The notes: a model not told the origin generated them from the sequence alone. 63,302 nucleotides of DNA, filler included, from Octopus bimaculoides (GCF_001194135.2; 5 parts of 5 records of this genome joined end to end with filler, not necessarily neighbours in it); one strand, 5' to 3'. Numbered from the whole stretch's first letter, positions 1 to 13,044 are shown. Translations and numbers: made by a program.

Positions 1-11
1 TATATATATAC

Positions 12-93
<82 letters not shown>

Positions 94-350
94 ATATGTA
101 TATATACACGTATATATATATGTATGTATATATACATATATATATACACATATATATATACATACACATATATATATATACATATATATACACACACATA
201 TATATATACATATATATACATATATATATATATGTATATATGTATGTACATGCATATCTGTGTATACATGTATATATGTGTATATATATACGTAAGCATA
301 TATATATGTACATGTGTGCGTATATATGCATGCATTATTGTATGTATACA
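1..350. repeat. Compound (TA)n/(CA)n/(TG)n microsatellite
   Basis: Directly visible dinucleotide low-complexity sequence; the YI/MY-rich ORFs here are artefacts. Confidence 0.95.
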
Positions 351-693
351 TGGATGACGTTCTTTTTCTCTGGACTCGCTGATTCGACGTGTGAAATATG
401 TGTGAGGGTTGCAAGTCGATTTCAGATCTGAAGAGACAAAATAGCGGTTAACTGGGATTATATCTCTCGAAGTGATTCGATGAGTCGAGAGGACGTTACA
501 GCTTTTGTCCCTCACCTATACTTCAGACGAGGAAGATCTTTATCGCAGAGTGAGTTGTCATCAGAGAGGTCATAGACGTATTTACAAAATTCCATCGACA
601 ACGAGAAAATATCTGAGAAACAGCAGTCATATAGCAGAAAGGATTATTAGATATGCCACCGCATATGGATTCAAAAAAGGGTTCTTAATGTAT

Positions 694-770
694 ATAGCAG
701 TCAAATCTTGACTCTAAAACCACATTAATGAACATTTAATGTGGTTTTAGAGTCAAGGTTTGACTGCTAT
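694..770. other. 35-bp inverted repeat (hairpin) with 7-nt loop
   Basis: 694-728 ATAGCAGTCAAATCTTGACTCTAAAACCACATTAA is the reverse complement of 736-770 except for one U.G wobble; loop TGAACAT. Confidence 0.9.
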
Positions 771-1493
771 TTCAAGCATGGTGGTATCTCTTAGCCTAAA
801 TTATAATTTTTATGATATTTATTACCTTCGAGGTTTTTATTCCCACGCTGGCCACCTGACAAGATCGGTATTTTTAAATAACAATCTTATCNNNNNNNNN
901 NNNNNNNNNNNNNNNNNNNNNNNNNNNNNNNNNNNNNNNNNNNNNNNNNNNNNNNNNNNNNNNNNNNNNNNNNNNNNNNNNNNNNNNNNNNNNNNNNNNN
1001 NNNNNNNNNNNNNNNNNNNNNNNNNNNNNNNNNNNNNNNNNNNNNNNNNNNNNNNNNNNNNNNNNNNNNNNNNNNNNNNNNNNNNNNNNNNNNNNNNNNN
1101 NNNNNNNNNNNNNNNNNNNNNNNNNNNNNNNNNNNNNNNNNNNNNNNNNNNNNNNNNNNNNNNNNNNNNNNNNNNNNNNNNNNNNNNNNNNNNNNNNNNN
1201 NNNNNNNNNNNNNNNNNNNNNNNNNNNNNNNNNNNNNNNNNNNNNNNNNNNNNNNNNNNNNNNNNNNNNNNNNNNNNNNNNNNNNNNNNNNNNNNNNNNN
1301 NNNNNNNNNNNNNNNNNNNNNNNNNNNNNNNNNNNNNNNNNNNNNNNNNNNNNNNNNNNNNNNNNNNNNNNNNNNNNNNNNNNNNNNNNNNNNNNNNNNN
1401 NNNNNNNNNNNNNNNNNNNNNNNNNNNNNNNNNNNNNNNNNNNNNNNNNNNNNNNNNNNNNNNNNNNNNNNNNNNNNNNNNNNNNNNNNNNNN

Positions 1494-1530
<37 letters not shown>

Positions 1531-2200
1531 TTACACATGTTTGTTACAAGAGTCTCGGTAACTATAGGTGTATTTAAAAAATGTATTTAGTGTTTAAATT
1601 CGAACAGAGTGAATAGGCTGAGTTAGGTTGAAACAGAATCTGTATTTGTTGATGTACAACCGAATATAGAATATATAGCTGCAAGCACAGGGTAACATGC
1701 TTATATGGGAATACCGTTTCGATTTTAAAGAACTCGTCGGATATTTTGGAGAAACGTTACTTTTGGTAAGAAGGTATATTTCAATTAATGTCAGTGGAAG
1801 TGAATAAGAATTGATAAGATATATAACACTTTGGATAATTGTCGTTCGAAAGGATAAACGACTGAAAAAATAAAAAAAACTTAAGAAATATTAACAGAAT
1901 AAAATGGATGAAAGATTACGTAAATAAATTCATAAATACAGATATATTAATGGAATGAATATAACTTTTCTTTTTAACATAGATGTTATATATAACTGTA
2001 TATATGTATGTGTATGTATGCACATATATGCACACACGCACACACACACACACACTCACACGTACACACCGCGCATATCACATTAAATGTAAGACCAACA
2101 TCTCAATTCATGGATTTAGTGTACGCGTGTGCGAATATATACATATATATACATAGTTATATATACACATATATAAGTGTGTGTGTGTGTGTGTATACAC

Positions 2201-2267
<67 letters not shown>

Positions 2268-3029
2268 TATATATATGTAAATTTATATGTTCATATATTT
2301 GTTTATATATGCGTATATATATACTTGCATTGATCTATGTATGTTTATTTTATATAGTTTTTGTAAAAAAATGTATACATAATCATGTATGTGCATATAT
2401 ATATTTATATTATATATTCATTTATTCATTTATGCGTTTCAGCCAAGTGGCTGCGGTCATGCTGGAGCACCACCATGACTTTCCGTCTTTATGCTGTGCT
2501 CTCTTCACGTTCCTTGCATGGCTCTTCTCCTCCACCTGATATAGTCCAATATATAGACATTACTTATGCATATGTACATTCATATAGTTTTATATGCATA
2601 CGTACATACATAATATATATATGTATATGTATATATAGATAGACATTTGTAATACATACACAAACACACAGACATATATATATATATATATATATACGTG
2701 CGGATACAAAATCGTAAACTTCGAGTCGTGGACATCAAAAATCGCCATATTTTTTCTTAATTAGAGATATGAAATCTCATGTAATCATATATGTTAGTAA
2801 TTAAACCGTTATTTTACATCAATTAACAGTCGCGAATCAAATTCAATTTAATTTAAAATATCTATTAAACTAGCTGCAGACATTAAATGCATCATGGCTC
2901 CGTTTTTAACATGGGTTTTAGATAACTAAGCTTTTGGAAGGAAGTAACGTAGTTTGTGGTTACGTGCTCAAGATGTGGTTGAGGCGGAGGCGTAGCGATA
3001 GGGGGTAACTCTGGTGGTTTTGATAGGGG

Positions 3030-3400
3030 TCGTGGTGATGGATAGTGGTGGTGGTGGTGATGAGGTGATTGGGTGAATTCGGTGAGGCTGGTAGTGGCGG
3101 TAGTAATTGCGGTGGTGGCGCTGTTTGATATGGTGACGGTGAAAATGGTAGTTGTGGTAATTGTGGTTTGGTGGTGGATGGTGGTGGTGGGTGATGGGGG
3201 TGAATGCAGTGAGNNNNNNNNNNTGGCGGGGTGGTGGGGTGGTGGTGGTGATGGTGGTATTTGTGGTGGTGATGGTTGCGGTTGTAATAGTGGTGGTGGT
3301 GATGGTGATGGTGTTGGAAGTGGTAGTATTACAGCTAGTAGTGGTAGTAATAGTAGTAGTAGTAGTAGTGGTGGTAGTAGTAGTAGTAGTAGTAGTAATG
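3030..3400. repeat. (GGT)n/(AGT)n trinucleotide low-complexity tract
   Basis: Visible GGT/GAT/AGT runs. Similar tracts occur at 4209-4270, 5050-5180 and 5700-5770. Confidence 0.9.
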
Positions 3401-5719
3401 CTTGGCAGTCAAAATAAATGGACACGCACTTTCTGCCCACACTCTAATCGTTATTCAAAATAGAAAAAAAAACATAAATATAATAAAAACAAAAAAAACA
3501 ACACAATCCCAACAAAACAAAATAAAATATATAAAAACAAAATCATAAAATGCGTAAAAAAAATAAACAGAAAACAAAAGATAGTCCCCCTCCCCCGTCC
3601 CTCGCTCTCAGACACACACAACCTCCTCCTCCCGCTCACCATTCCTCCCCACTGCACCTTCCTACAANNNNNNNNNNNNNNNNNNNNNNNNNNNNNNNNN
3701 NNNNNNNNNNNNNNNNNNNNNNNNNNNNNNNNNNNNNNNNNNNNNNNNNNNNNNNNNNNNNNNNNNNNNNNNNNNNNNNNNNNNNNNNNNNNNNNNNNNN
3801 NNNNNNNNNNNNNNNNNNNNNNNNNNNNNNNNNNNNNNNNNNNNNNNNNNNNNNNNNNNNNNNNNNNNNNNNNNNNNNNNNNNNNNNNNNNNNNNNNNNN
3901 NNNNNNNNNNNNNNNNNNNNNNNNNNNNNNNNNNNNNNNNNNNNNNNNNNNNNNNNNNNNNNNNNNNNNNNNNNNNNNNNNNNNNNNNNNNNNNNNNNNN
4001 NNNNNNNNNNNNNNNNNNNNNNNNNNNNNNNNNNNNNNNNNNNNNNNNNNNNNNNNNNNNNNNNNNNNNNNNNNNNNNNNNNNNNNNNNNNNNNNNNNNN
4101 NNNNNNNNNNNNNNNNNNNNNNNNNNNNNNNNNNNNNNNNNNNNNNNNNNNNNNNNNNNNNNNNNNNNNNNNNNNNNNNNNNNNNNNNNNNNNNNNNNNN
4201 NNNNNNNNGCCACCACTACCACCATCACCACAACTACCACCACCATCACTAGCACCACCACCACCACCGTCATATGTGCGTATGATAGGCTTCCATACAT
4301 GTTCTGCCAACCAAATTCACACACAAAGCGTTGGTTGAAGACACTTACCCAAAGTGCCGTACAGTGAGATTGAACCTAAACCTCCATGGTTGCGAAACGA
4401 ACTCATTTACCACACATCCACGCCTGGTCACACCTGGAACGCCTTAAATCGCATATCAGCAGGGTCTGCCTAGCTTGGTGCTCAACTACAAGTAAGGATA
4501 CATTAGACAATTGCAGTTCTCGGTACACAATGCCAATATATCAATATATACGGATGGGATGGTCACGGCCTGAATAATTTTGATCATTTGATCATAGTTC
4601 TGCAGAGAGTAGGATTGGCCAAGGGCTAAAAAAAAAAACAGTTGTAAAGGACACATTAGATGATGTTGTCCTAGATGCACTATGCCGGAAGAAAAGGTGA
4701 AATGGTCTCCGATAAAATATATTTGATCATAGGCCTGCTGGATCAGACCTGGCCTGGGGTTAAACAAATACAGCCTGTAACAGCAAAGAAATGAAGGACT
4801 TATTACGTCTTGTAATACAAGGTACACTTCGTCTGAGTAAAAGTTTGAATGTTGGTCGCGGATGGAAGCCTCTTTTTTGTAGGGCTGCTTTATCAAGGCT
4901 GGCTGGGGCTCGTCGACTATAACAACAGGCACGTTAGATGATGTAGTCCTAGGTACACTGTGTCTGAATAATTGACGAAATGATCGTAGTTGAAATACAG
5001 TAGATCATGTCTACTGGATTAGGGCTAACCTAGGGCTAAACAAAAACAACACCACCACCACCAAAACCGCTACAGCTACTATCGTTGTCATCAAGACCAA
5101 CACTACAACCGCCAGCATCCTCCCCCCACCACCACCACCACTGCCACCGCCACCACCACCGCCGCCACCACCCACCATCGCCGGCCCCATGACCACCGTT
5201 TCCACCAAAGTTGTACCCATTGACCTCGATGACGTCAGATGATGGCGGTTATTTGGAAACACTTGACGTTCTGACTGACAATACCTCTAATNNNNNNNNN
5301 NNNNNNNNNNNNNNNNNNNNNNNNNNNNNNNNNNNNNNNNNNNNNNNNNNNNNNNNNNNNNNNNNNNNNNNNNNNNNNNNNNNNNNNNNNNNNNNNNNNN
5401 NNNNNNNNNNNNNNNNNNNNNNNNNNNNNNNNNNNNNNNNNNNNNNNNNNNNNNNNNNNNNNNNNNNNNNNNNNNNNNNNNNNNNNNNNNNNNNNNNNNN
5501 NNNNNNNNNNNNNNNNNNNNNNNNNNNNNNNNNNNNNNNNNNNNNNNNNNNNNNNNNNNNNNNNNNNNNNNNNNNNNNNNNNNNNNNNNNNNNNNNNNNN
5601 NNNNNNNNNNNNNNNNNNNNNNNNNNNNNNNNNNNNNNNNNNNNNNNNNNNNNNNNNNNNNNNNNNNNNNNNNNNNNNNNNATTACCACCATTTACTATT
5701 ACAACAACAACCACCACCG

Positions 5720-5765
<46 letters not shown>

Positions 5766-5949
5766 CAACATTAGAAATATAAGTTTGCTAGGCTACATGT
5801 TAAAAGGTTTGCTTCCCAACTACATGGATCTGGGTTCAATCCCAGTAGGTGCTTTCTTGGGCAAGATGTCATGGTACTGTGTGGAGGTCTCCTTTCTTGG
5901 CTTCTACGAAGAGGGGAGGGTGCTGGAAAGCTCCTGACTCTGGGTAAAA

Positions 5950-6184
5950 TTCTCGATGCACAAAACCACATTTCCGGGGGTAACGCACGTAGCAGGTCTT
6001 CCAGATAGGTTATCGTCTTCCAGCGACGTCCTTCCACTTTTGAAGGGCCCATACCCGTCAGAACATTGCGTATGCCACGTTACCCCATCATCGTAGGCTT
6101 GTCATAACATGCTCAATGTCTCTGTAGCAGACTTCTCGAGTTTAACGCAAAATTTCACGTTGGTTCTTTGTTCCTGTTCATAAC
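5950..6184 (-). mobile_element. Mariner transposase N-terminal (HTH) fragment, pseudogenised
   Basis: Minus strand reads EQRTNVKFCVKLEKSATETLSML*QAYDD...FKSGRTSLEDDNLSGRP, matching the mariner N-terminal pattern EQRxNIKFCVKLGKSATET...FKSGRTSLEDDERSGRP. Confidence 0.75.
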
Positions 6185-6185
6185 G

Positions 6186-6548
6186 GTGGAGGCGCAATGG
6201 CCCAGTGGTTAGGGCAGCGGACTCGCGGTCATAGGATCGCTGTGAGTGTTTATTGAGCGAAAATACCTAAAGCTCCACAAGGCTCCGGCAGGGGATGGTG
6301 GTGAACCCTGCTGTAATCTTTCACCACAACTTTCTCACTCTTACTTCCTGTTTCTGTTGTGCCTGTAATTCAAAGGGTCAGCCTTGTCACACTGTGTGTC
6401 ACGCTGTATATTCCCGAGAACTACGTTAAGGGTACACGTGTCTGTGGAGTGCTCAGCCACTTGCACGTTAATTTCACGAGCAGGCTGTTCCGTTGATCGG
6501 ATCAACTGGAACCCTCGACGTCGTAAGCGACGGGAGTGCCAACAACAA
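6186..6548 (+). mobile_element. tRNA-derived SINE family A, young copy with B box deleted
   Basis: Head GGAGGCGCAATGGCCCAGTGG (A box) and (AAC)n tail; TSD CCTGTTCAT(A/G)AC at 6173-6184 and 6549-6560. Near-identical to the copies at 14265, 25553 and 29179 but lacks the GGTTTCGATTCC segment. Confidence 0.9.
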
Positions 6549-7458
6549 CCTGTTCATGACAAAATCACAGACTTCAGCATACACGTGATCACAAAAGCAC
6601 ACATTTCTCAACTTACGGAGTAAACACAACAATGTTACTCAGCACATTACCTTATGAAGGTCACTGCTAGCTCTCACTGTTACAAGAGAGGGTCAGAAGG
6701 AAAGGGCCCAAAAGATCGAAATAATTTTAAAAGAACTCTATTGGATTAAAAAACACAAACAAATTTGTTCCGAGGTGTGTGGCCCATCACACCCTCCTAC
6801 CCCTTTCACGTATGCTTTACCCCCCCTTTTTTTTCCTTTTTTTAATCTATCATTATTTTTCTGTTTCTTTGCTTTTTATAATTTAAAATGTGATCTGTTT
6901 TATCCATTTCGAAATAAAAAAACCAAGATAGAATTACAGAATATTTATTTAACTGTTGTCAAAATATTTTGTACATTTTAACTTTAAGCTTTAGGCTTTT
7001 CTGAGTCAAAGGGGCCCAATGTTTGCAGCATCCCGAGATCAATGGCACTTGGCCCCTTGCACACATTGACCCAAACCTTAATTCGGTCATAATAAAAGCC
7101 TATTAGACGAATTGTGCCTGTAGTTCGAAAGGTATACCAAAGCCACTCGGCATTATGTTGGTTCTGTTTAAAGATTACGTTAGGGGTGAAAATGTCTGTG
7201 GAGCACTCGACCACATACACTCTCACTCAAAGACTAGCAGTTCAGCTGATCGAACATCTGTAATACCCATCGTCGAAAGTGACGGAAATCCATTACGTTC
7301 TGTCTTATTTTTATAATGGGTATTTGCATATGTGTGTGCTTATTTGTATATAAGCATCATATGATCTTAATATTCATATGTGTGCATATACACATACATA
7401 TGCATATATTTATATAATAATATAAATGATTTATTTATATCATTATAATATATATATG

Positions 7459-7688
7459 GGCGGCGAGCTGGCAGAAACGTTAGCACGCCGGGCAAAATGC
7501 TTAGCGGTATTTCGTCTGCCGTTACGTTCTAAGTTCAAATTGCACCGAGGTCGATTTGCCTTTCATCCTTTCGGGGTCGATTAAATAAGTACCAGTCACG
7601 CACTGGGGTCGATGAAATCGATTTAACCCGTTTGTCTGTCCCTGTTTGTTCCCTCTATGTTTAGCCCCCAGTGGGCAATAAAGAAATA
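7459..7688 (+). mobile_element. SINE family C (GGCGGCGAGCTGGCAGAA head)
   Basis: Same element recurs at 42033-42266(-), 37165-37395(-), 52795-53030(-) and 55075-55238(-), with decayed copies near 18740, 28170, 28310 and 46957. Confidence 0.85.
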
Positions 7689-7698
7689 AATATAAATA

Positions 7699-8131
7699 AT
7701 GGCTGTGTGGTAAGTAGCTTGCTTACCAACCACATGGTTCCGGGTTCAGTCCCACTGCGTGGCACCTTGGGCAAGTGTCTTCTACTGTAGCTTCAGGCCA
7801 ACCAAAGCCTCATGAGTGCATTTGGTAGACGGAAACTGAAAGAAGCCCGTCGTGTGTGTGTGTATATACATATATATATGTGTGTGTGTGTGTGTGTGTA
7901 TAGATATGTGTGTATGTGTATGTCTGTGTGTCTGTGTTGCCCCCCCCCCCACATCACCATCGTTTGACAACCGGTGTTGGTGTGTTTGCGTCCCCGTAGT
8001 ATGTCGATTCGGCGGGGGAGGCCGGTGGATCGAGTACTAGACTTGCGGGGAGTGGGTCCTGGGGTTGATTTGTTCGACTAAAGGCGGTGCTCCAGCATGG
8101 CCGTAGTCAGCTGACTGAAACAAATAAAAGG
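7699..8131 (+). mobile_element. SINE family B with internal microsatellite
   Basis: TGGCTGTGTGG A box and GGTTCAGTCCC B box, CACCTTGGGCAAG core, internal (TA/TG)n tract, and tail GGCGGTGCTCCAGCATGGCC...TGACTGAAACAA. More than 10 full or partial copies in the window. Confidence 0.85.
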
Positions 8132-8362
8132 ATGTGTGCCTACACGTGTGTATGTTTGTAGGTATGCATGTATGCGCGTATGTATGTGTGAGTGTGTGTG
8201 TGAGTGTGTGCGTATGTGCTTGTGCATGTATACGCTCGCATCTATATGCATGTGTGCGTATGTGCCTGTGTGTATATGCGTGTGTGTATGTGTGTGTGTA
8301 TGCGTATGTTTTTGTGTGTGTTTGTGTATGTGTGTGTTTTTACGTGTGCTTGATTGTGCGCG

Positions 8363-8405
<43 letters not shown>

Positions 8406-8550
8406 GCGTTTGTGAGCGTGTGCGTGCGTGTGTGTGTGTGTGTGTGTGTGNNNNNNNNNNNNNNNNNNNNNNNNNNNNNNNNNNNNNNNNNNNNTTAATT
8501 AATTAANNNNNNNNNNNNNNNNNNNNNNNNNNNNNNNNNNNNNNNNNNNN

Positions 8551-9200
8551 ATATTGGGTCATCCCATAAATAATGCAATCTTTTAATACTTTTTTTATTT
8601 TTCAAAATTAAGATAAACAGAGTTAATTTTTAATCTAAAATATATTCTTCTTCATTTTCTACAATGCTCTTCCATCTATCTGGTAGACTTGCAAGGCCCC
8701 TCTTCCAAAATTCACTTGTCTGTAATGAAAAATACTCCTCCAGTACTGTTCTGACCTCGTCTACAGAGTTCCTATTTTTTCTGTCCAAATGATTTTGAAG
8801 AGTGCAGAATAAATGATAATCAGATGGGGCAATGTCTGGTGAATATGGTGGGTGAGGCATCGTTTCCCATTCAAATTGCTCCAGCCTTTGGAATGTCATC
8901 CTCACTGTATGTGGCCAAGCATTATCCTGATGGAACAACACCTTTCATCTTGAAACCAACGATGGTCGTTTTTCTTGTAGTGTTGACTTGAATGACTGGT
9001 TGAATGATCAAATCCAAGCTTCTCTGTTAGTTCCTCAACAGTTATGATGGGATTTTGTTCCACCAGGGTTTGCAGGATGTTCTCATTGAGCTCTATAGAT
9101 CTTCCGGAATGAAGCTCATCTTCTAGGCTGTAGTTTTCCAGCTCGGAGTTTCTGAAACCACCATTGACACTGGCTTATGTTTATTGTCCAATCCCCATTA
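8551..9200 (-). mobile_element. Internally deleted mariner element (3' TIR, C-terminal DD34D region and N-terminal HTH)
   Basis: ORF 8630-8941 contains FHQDNA...HPPYSPDIAPSDYHLF...LPDRW. TIR TTGGGTCATCCCATAAATAATGC at about 8554. Upstream reads QCQWWFQKLRAG..LEDELHSGRS..NPIITVEEL and joins directly to the second catalytic Asp region. Confidence 0.9.
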
Positions 9201-9279
9201 TTAATATATATATATATAATTGTCGTCATTATCATCATCATCATCATCATCATCAATCATCAATCATCATCATCATCAT

Positions 9280-9990
9280 CTTTATCAATTAATATCCATG
9301 CTAGCAGTGGTTGGCTGCTCTGACAGGATCCAGTAAACTGCAAAGCTACATTGGACTCCTGTTCATTTGATTTCTATGGCTGGATGCCCTTCCTAACACC
9401 AACCACATTACAGTATGTACTGGTTGCTTTATTTCGTACAACCAACATTTGTGAGGTCACCAAGTAACTTGCAAGACAGCAGAAGAACAAGACAAGGAAA
9501 AAGCCCCCCTCATCAGCTAAGTGAAGTGGGGAGTACTTAAGAGGGAGGAGAGGTAACATTATATTAGGTGTTGTGTGGTTGAAGCATGATAGAGGTGAAA
9601 AAATTGGGTGTCTTGTTATAGAGAAGATATATGGTTACTTCACATTATATAAGGGTGAGTGGGAGTAGCTGAGAAGAAGTATTTGGGAGGGGGAGGTGTG
9701 GGTGTGGGTGTGGGGGCTTTTATGCCAGGTGTTGAAAGGCTAAAGTATGATAGAAGAGATAAATAACTGAAGGAGATAAACAGAAGTTAGTGACTGGGTT
9801 CTAGAGCAAACTTTCAAGGAGCAAGAAGGCGAGCATAAGAGAATATACAGACAGTGGGTCATGAGAGAGGTGAGAGAGTATATGGATGCTTTTGTAGGAG
9901 CGTGATGGGGTGTAAACAGGTGGAGGTAAAAGTTAATGTAGTGAGTGATAAACAAGGATGGGGATGCACATGGTGGGAGATATAGAAGTC
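9280..9990 (+). repeat. Dispersed repeat family D (CATCAT...CCATGCTAGCA...GGCTGGATGCCCTTCCTAAC), probable retroelement 3' end in antisense
   Basis: The TTTCTA(T/C)GGCTGGATGCCCTTCCT..CCAACC core recurs at about 13900, 17975 and 24485, usually after (CAT)n. Confidence 0.6.
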
Positions 9991-10527
9991 ACATACAAAC
10001 ACACACACACACACATGTATATAATATATAGGCATGTTTGTGTGCATGTGCACGCATAAGGATTCCTCAATTCACTCTAAAAGGATAAGCTAGCAATCAA
10101 CAAAAATGTTTTATGGAAATAGAACATCATTGTTATATGCTACAACAGTGAAATCTGTTGGAATTACAATGTGATGATCTATGTTTTACATGCCTAATAT
10201 TTTATTTATTGAACCATCGCATTATTGTTTATGTACATAAAGCAAGGTTGTTACGTAAGAAACTGGTGATTAGATAATACCATAATGATAACTAAATACT
10301 TTAATCTGTCTATGTGTGCGTTTGGTTTTTAAATCTCACATAAAATATTTGCCAACTTGTTCATACACATACTAATCCTAATTTACAAGGATTAGAATTA
10401 CATTTGATGTAAACTGGTTATGAAACCAGCCACTGAATAACTAGTTTCTTTTATAAAATCAGTTCAGTATTTGTTTGTATAACACTGGCTCATGAACTGG
10501 ATGTGAATGAAATATTAATTTTTCTAG

Positions 10528-10565
10528 CAAATTGGGTACAAACAAAACTGAATCTGTTACTATAG
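10528..10565 (+). CDS. Candidate 38-nt internal exon (KLGTNKTESVTI)
   Basis: Acceptor ATTAATTTTTCTAG and donor AG|GTAAGA, with one open frame. Splice-signal evidence only. Confidence 0.22.
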
Positions 10566-11526
10566 GTAAGAAATCAGCAAGTTTATTTATCTTACACTTG
10601 AAAATGTTTAATTATTCACAAATATTCTTGAGATCAATATACTAATATTGATCAGTTTGTAAATAATCTATGTAAGTATTGCATACACAGACAATTTTTT
10701 TTTTCTCTTTTGTGAGTACAATACACTTTAATGACATGCATTTTACAGTAATCTGCACAACTGGATAACGATGCAAACTATGCTTTTATATTAACAATAT
10801 ATACTACACTGCTGTGATTTTAATGTGTAGTGGGAGGCTTGTTTCAGTCTTTCTTTTTGAAATAAGTTTCGCTTCCTCACATATTAAATAGAGCATCTAA
10901 CTTTGTAAAATTAATACACATTTGATGACCAACTTCATCAAATATTTTGAGCTTAATGAGATAATTTGTAGCTCATTTGGCATTCAGATTTGATATGAGG
11001 AAAGAATACAAGACCCTTGGAAAAAAGCATAATTGAGTAGTACAGTAGAGGTTATTGTTATAAAGCACCACAGCAACTCTACAGATTAACAACTACTTGG
11101 TCAGTCATTTTTCTCCAATTGATTTACCAGATCTTTCATTAGAAATTATTACATTTGAGCAATGTTTAAATCCTTTATAAAATTAGTATATGATTTCCCA
11201 CAACACCATTGTAACAACATTTCACAAGAAAATATCTAAACTTTCATGACTATCTCTTCTACTTGAGTATGAAAAATGGAGGGGTGAAATTATACAGAAA
11301 AGAAAGTTGATGTTTAGGTGAGTCCTTTTCTTCCTGAATTTAAATCCTGCACAAGTCAAATGTGCCTTTTGTCCTTCTAGGGAAGTATTGGGGTCTGTTT
11401 AATTGACTATACCTATACCCCAATTTGATGCCTTATGACTGTATGAGATATTAATGTTTAGGGAACATCAGAATTGATATAGTTTACTTAATACAAATTT
11501 TTCTTACATTTTATTTTAGACTTTAG

Positions 11527-11661
11527 GAGAAAATTTATCAAATCTTTAACATGATCAGTATTAAATATACACAATTTCAGTCTAGTTTGGAAATGCATTG
11601 TTGGTGGACATATATTAAATATATGCTTGAAGCTGTCAGCCACTGCCTCTCTTACAACTTT
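11527..11661 (+). CDS. Candidate 135-nt phase 0-0 exon (EKIYQIFNMISIKYTQFQSSLEMHCWWTYIKYMLEAVSHCLSYNF)
   Basis: Pyrimidine-rich acceptor ...TTTTATTTTAGACTTTAG and donor GTAAGT, with 45 open codons in AT-rich DNA. No recognised homology. Confidence 0.28.
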
Positions 11662-12380
11662 GTAAGTGGAAAGAAATACTTTTATTACAAGGTTTATTTG
11701 GAGAATTGGCTAGGGAATACTTTTTTTATTTAAATAATTGAACAGATGAAAACCTAGCTTACACCTTTTAAACATTTCCATTGCATCCACTGATCTACAG
11801 CATAAATAATTCTTATCACAAAAATATTCATTTAATGGAATAATATTACATTATCTGTTTCAGTAGCAATATTTGAAGACAGGGATTTATTTTGTGGCTT
11901 TCAGAAAATCAATGGGAATTTAGTACCATTAAAAACAGACAAAAGATATTTTATCATGATATAATCAGTAAATATTAAAGAGGCAAATTTTTCACTTAAG
12001 AATTTTTAAAATGCACCTAAACTGGTTTTCAAAGAAGATTTTGTTGTTATTATTAAGTCTTTTGTTATTATGATCACTATCAATTTGTAGAATTTTTCAT
12101 TTCTTCTCTTGTCTGGATATTTGTGTTGTAATTCTTCAAATATCATTCTTTATATTGAGATATCAAATAGCATTCTTTATATTAAGTAGATTCCATTTTT
12201 TGAGATATGGGTTGTTTGCTTTTATATTGTTTTATTCTTCAATTCCTGGTATCCTGTATTTTTTTTTTTTTTTCCAAAATAATTTACAAATGACTTCATC
12301 ATTTGATTGAAAGATTAATGTCAATATGTCTTTGCAATTTGAGTTTTCTCTAGAAGAAAATACAAAAATATTCAACTTAC

Positions 12381-12760
12381 CTGGGTTCAGCCCCACTCCA
12401 TGGCACCTTGGGCAAGTGTCATCAACTTATAGCCTTGGGCTGACCAAAGCCTTGTGAGTGGATTTGATAGACAGAAACTGAAAGAAACCCATCATGTGTG
12501 TGTGTATGTGTGTGTGTGNNNNNNNNNNAGAGCGAGAGAAGAGAGTGTGTGTGTGTGTGTGTGTGTCCGTCTCTCACCACCACTTGGTTTGTTGGTGTGT
12601 TTATATTCTGATAACTTAGCAGTTTGGCAAAAGAGACTGATAGAATAAGTACCAGGCTTTAAAAAAAGGGCTGAGGTTAGTTCATTTGATTAAAAATGCT
12701 TCAAGATAGTGACCCAGCATGGCTGCAGTCTAATAACTAAAACAAGTAAAAACTAAAAGA
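12381..12760 (+). mobile_element. SINE family B, CpG-decayed copy
   Basis: Colinear with 7699-8131, with CG to TG/CA changes. Confidence 0.8.
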
Positions 12761-13044
12761 TATAAGATTACCTTCTAGAAAATATGTCTTACTGAATTAT
12801 CTTTTTCAATAAATGTTCTTCAAAGCCTGCTGCTCTTGCCATTCTAAAAGTTAAATAAATATTTTTTTAGATTTTGCATTACTTCCTCTTTTTTTTTTTG
12901 AGAAAATAATGATTTCATGGGTACTATTTGTCTCTGTGTACTGTATTTGGCCTGTTTTTAAATCTTTTACAAAGCTCAAAGCCTTAGTGTTTGCTTTGCA
13001 ATTTTTTCCTTTTTTTTTGTGTGTGTAATAATTTGTCCTTCTGC

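Noticed and set aside
66-431. Long YIYI/VCVC/HTHT/YLSI ORFs and ORFs spanning N runs throughout the track
   Set aside because: They are translations of microsatellites or gaps and contain no real coding information.
500-600. Possible minus-strand exon (TTTCTCAG to AG|GTGAGG; IFSLSMEFCKYVYDLSDDNSLCDKDLPRLKY)
   Set aside because: It is isolated, has no compatible partner exon or recognisable homology, and lies outside the CpG-depleted domain.
2892-3463. Pro-rich, Gly/Ser-rich and poly-Val ORFs
   Set aside because: All overlapping frames derive from GGT/AGT triplet repeats; there is no splice or domain support.
6186-6260. tRNA genes at SINE heads (A, B and related families)
   Set aside because: A and B boxes are present, but the heads continue into SINE bodies with tails and TSDs, and I could not fold a complete cloverleaf.
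8451-8550. TTAATTAATTAA islands inside N runs (also at 39351, 57982 and 60440)
   Set aside because: The identical N44-TTAATTAATTAA-N44 100-bp pattern is a scaffolding linker with stops in all frames, not biological sequence.
12376-12384. Minus-strand CAG|GTAAGT donor
   Set aside because: The would-be exon is SINE B sequence; the site is created by the insertion junction.
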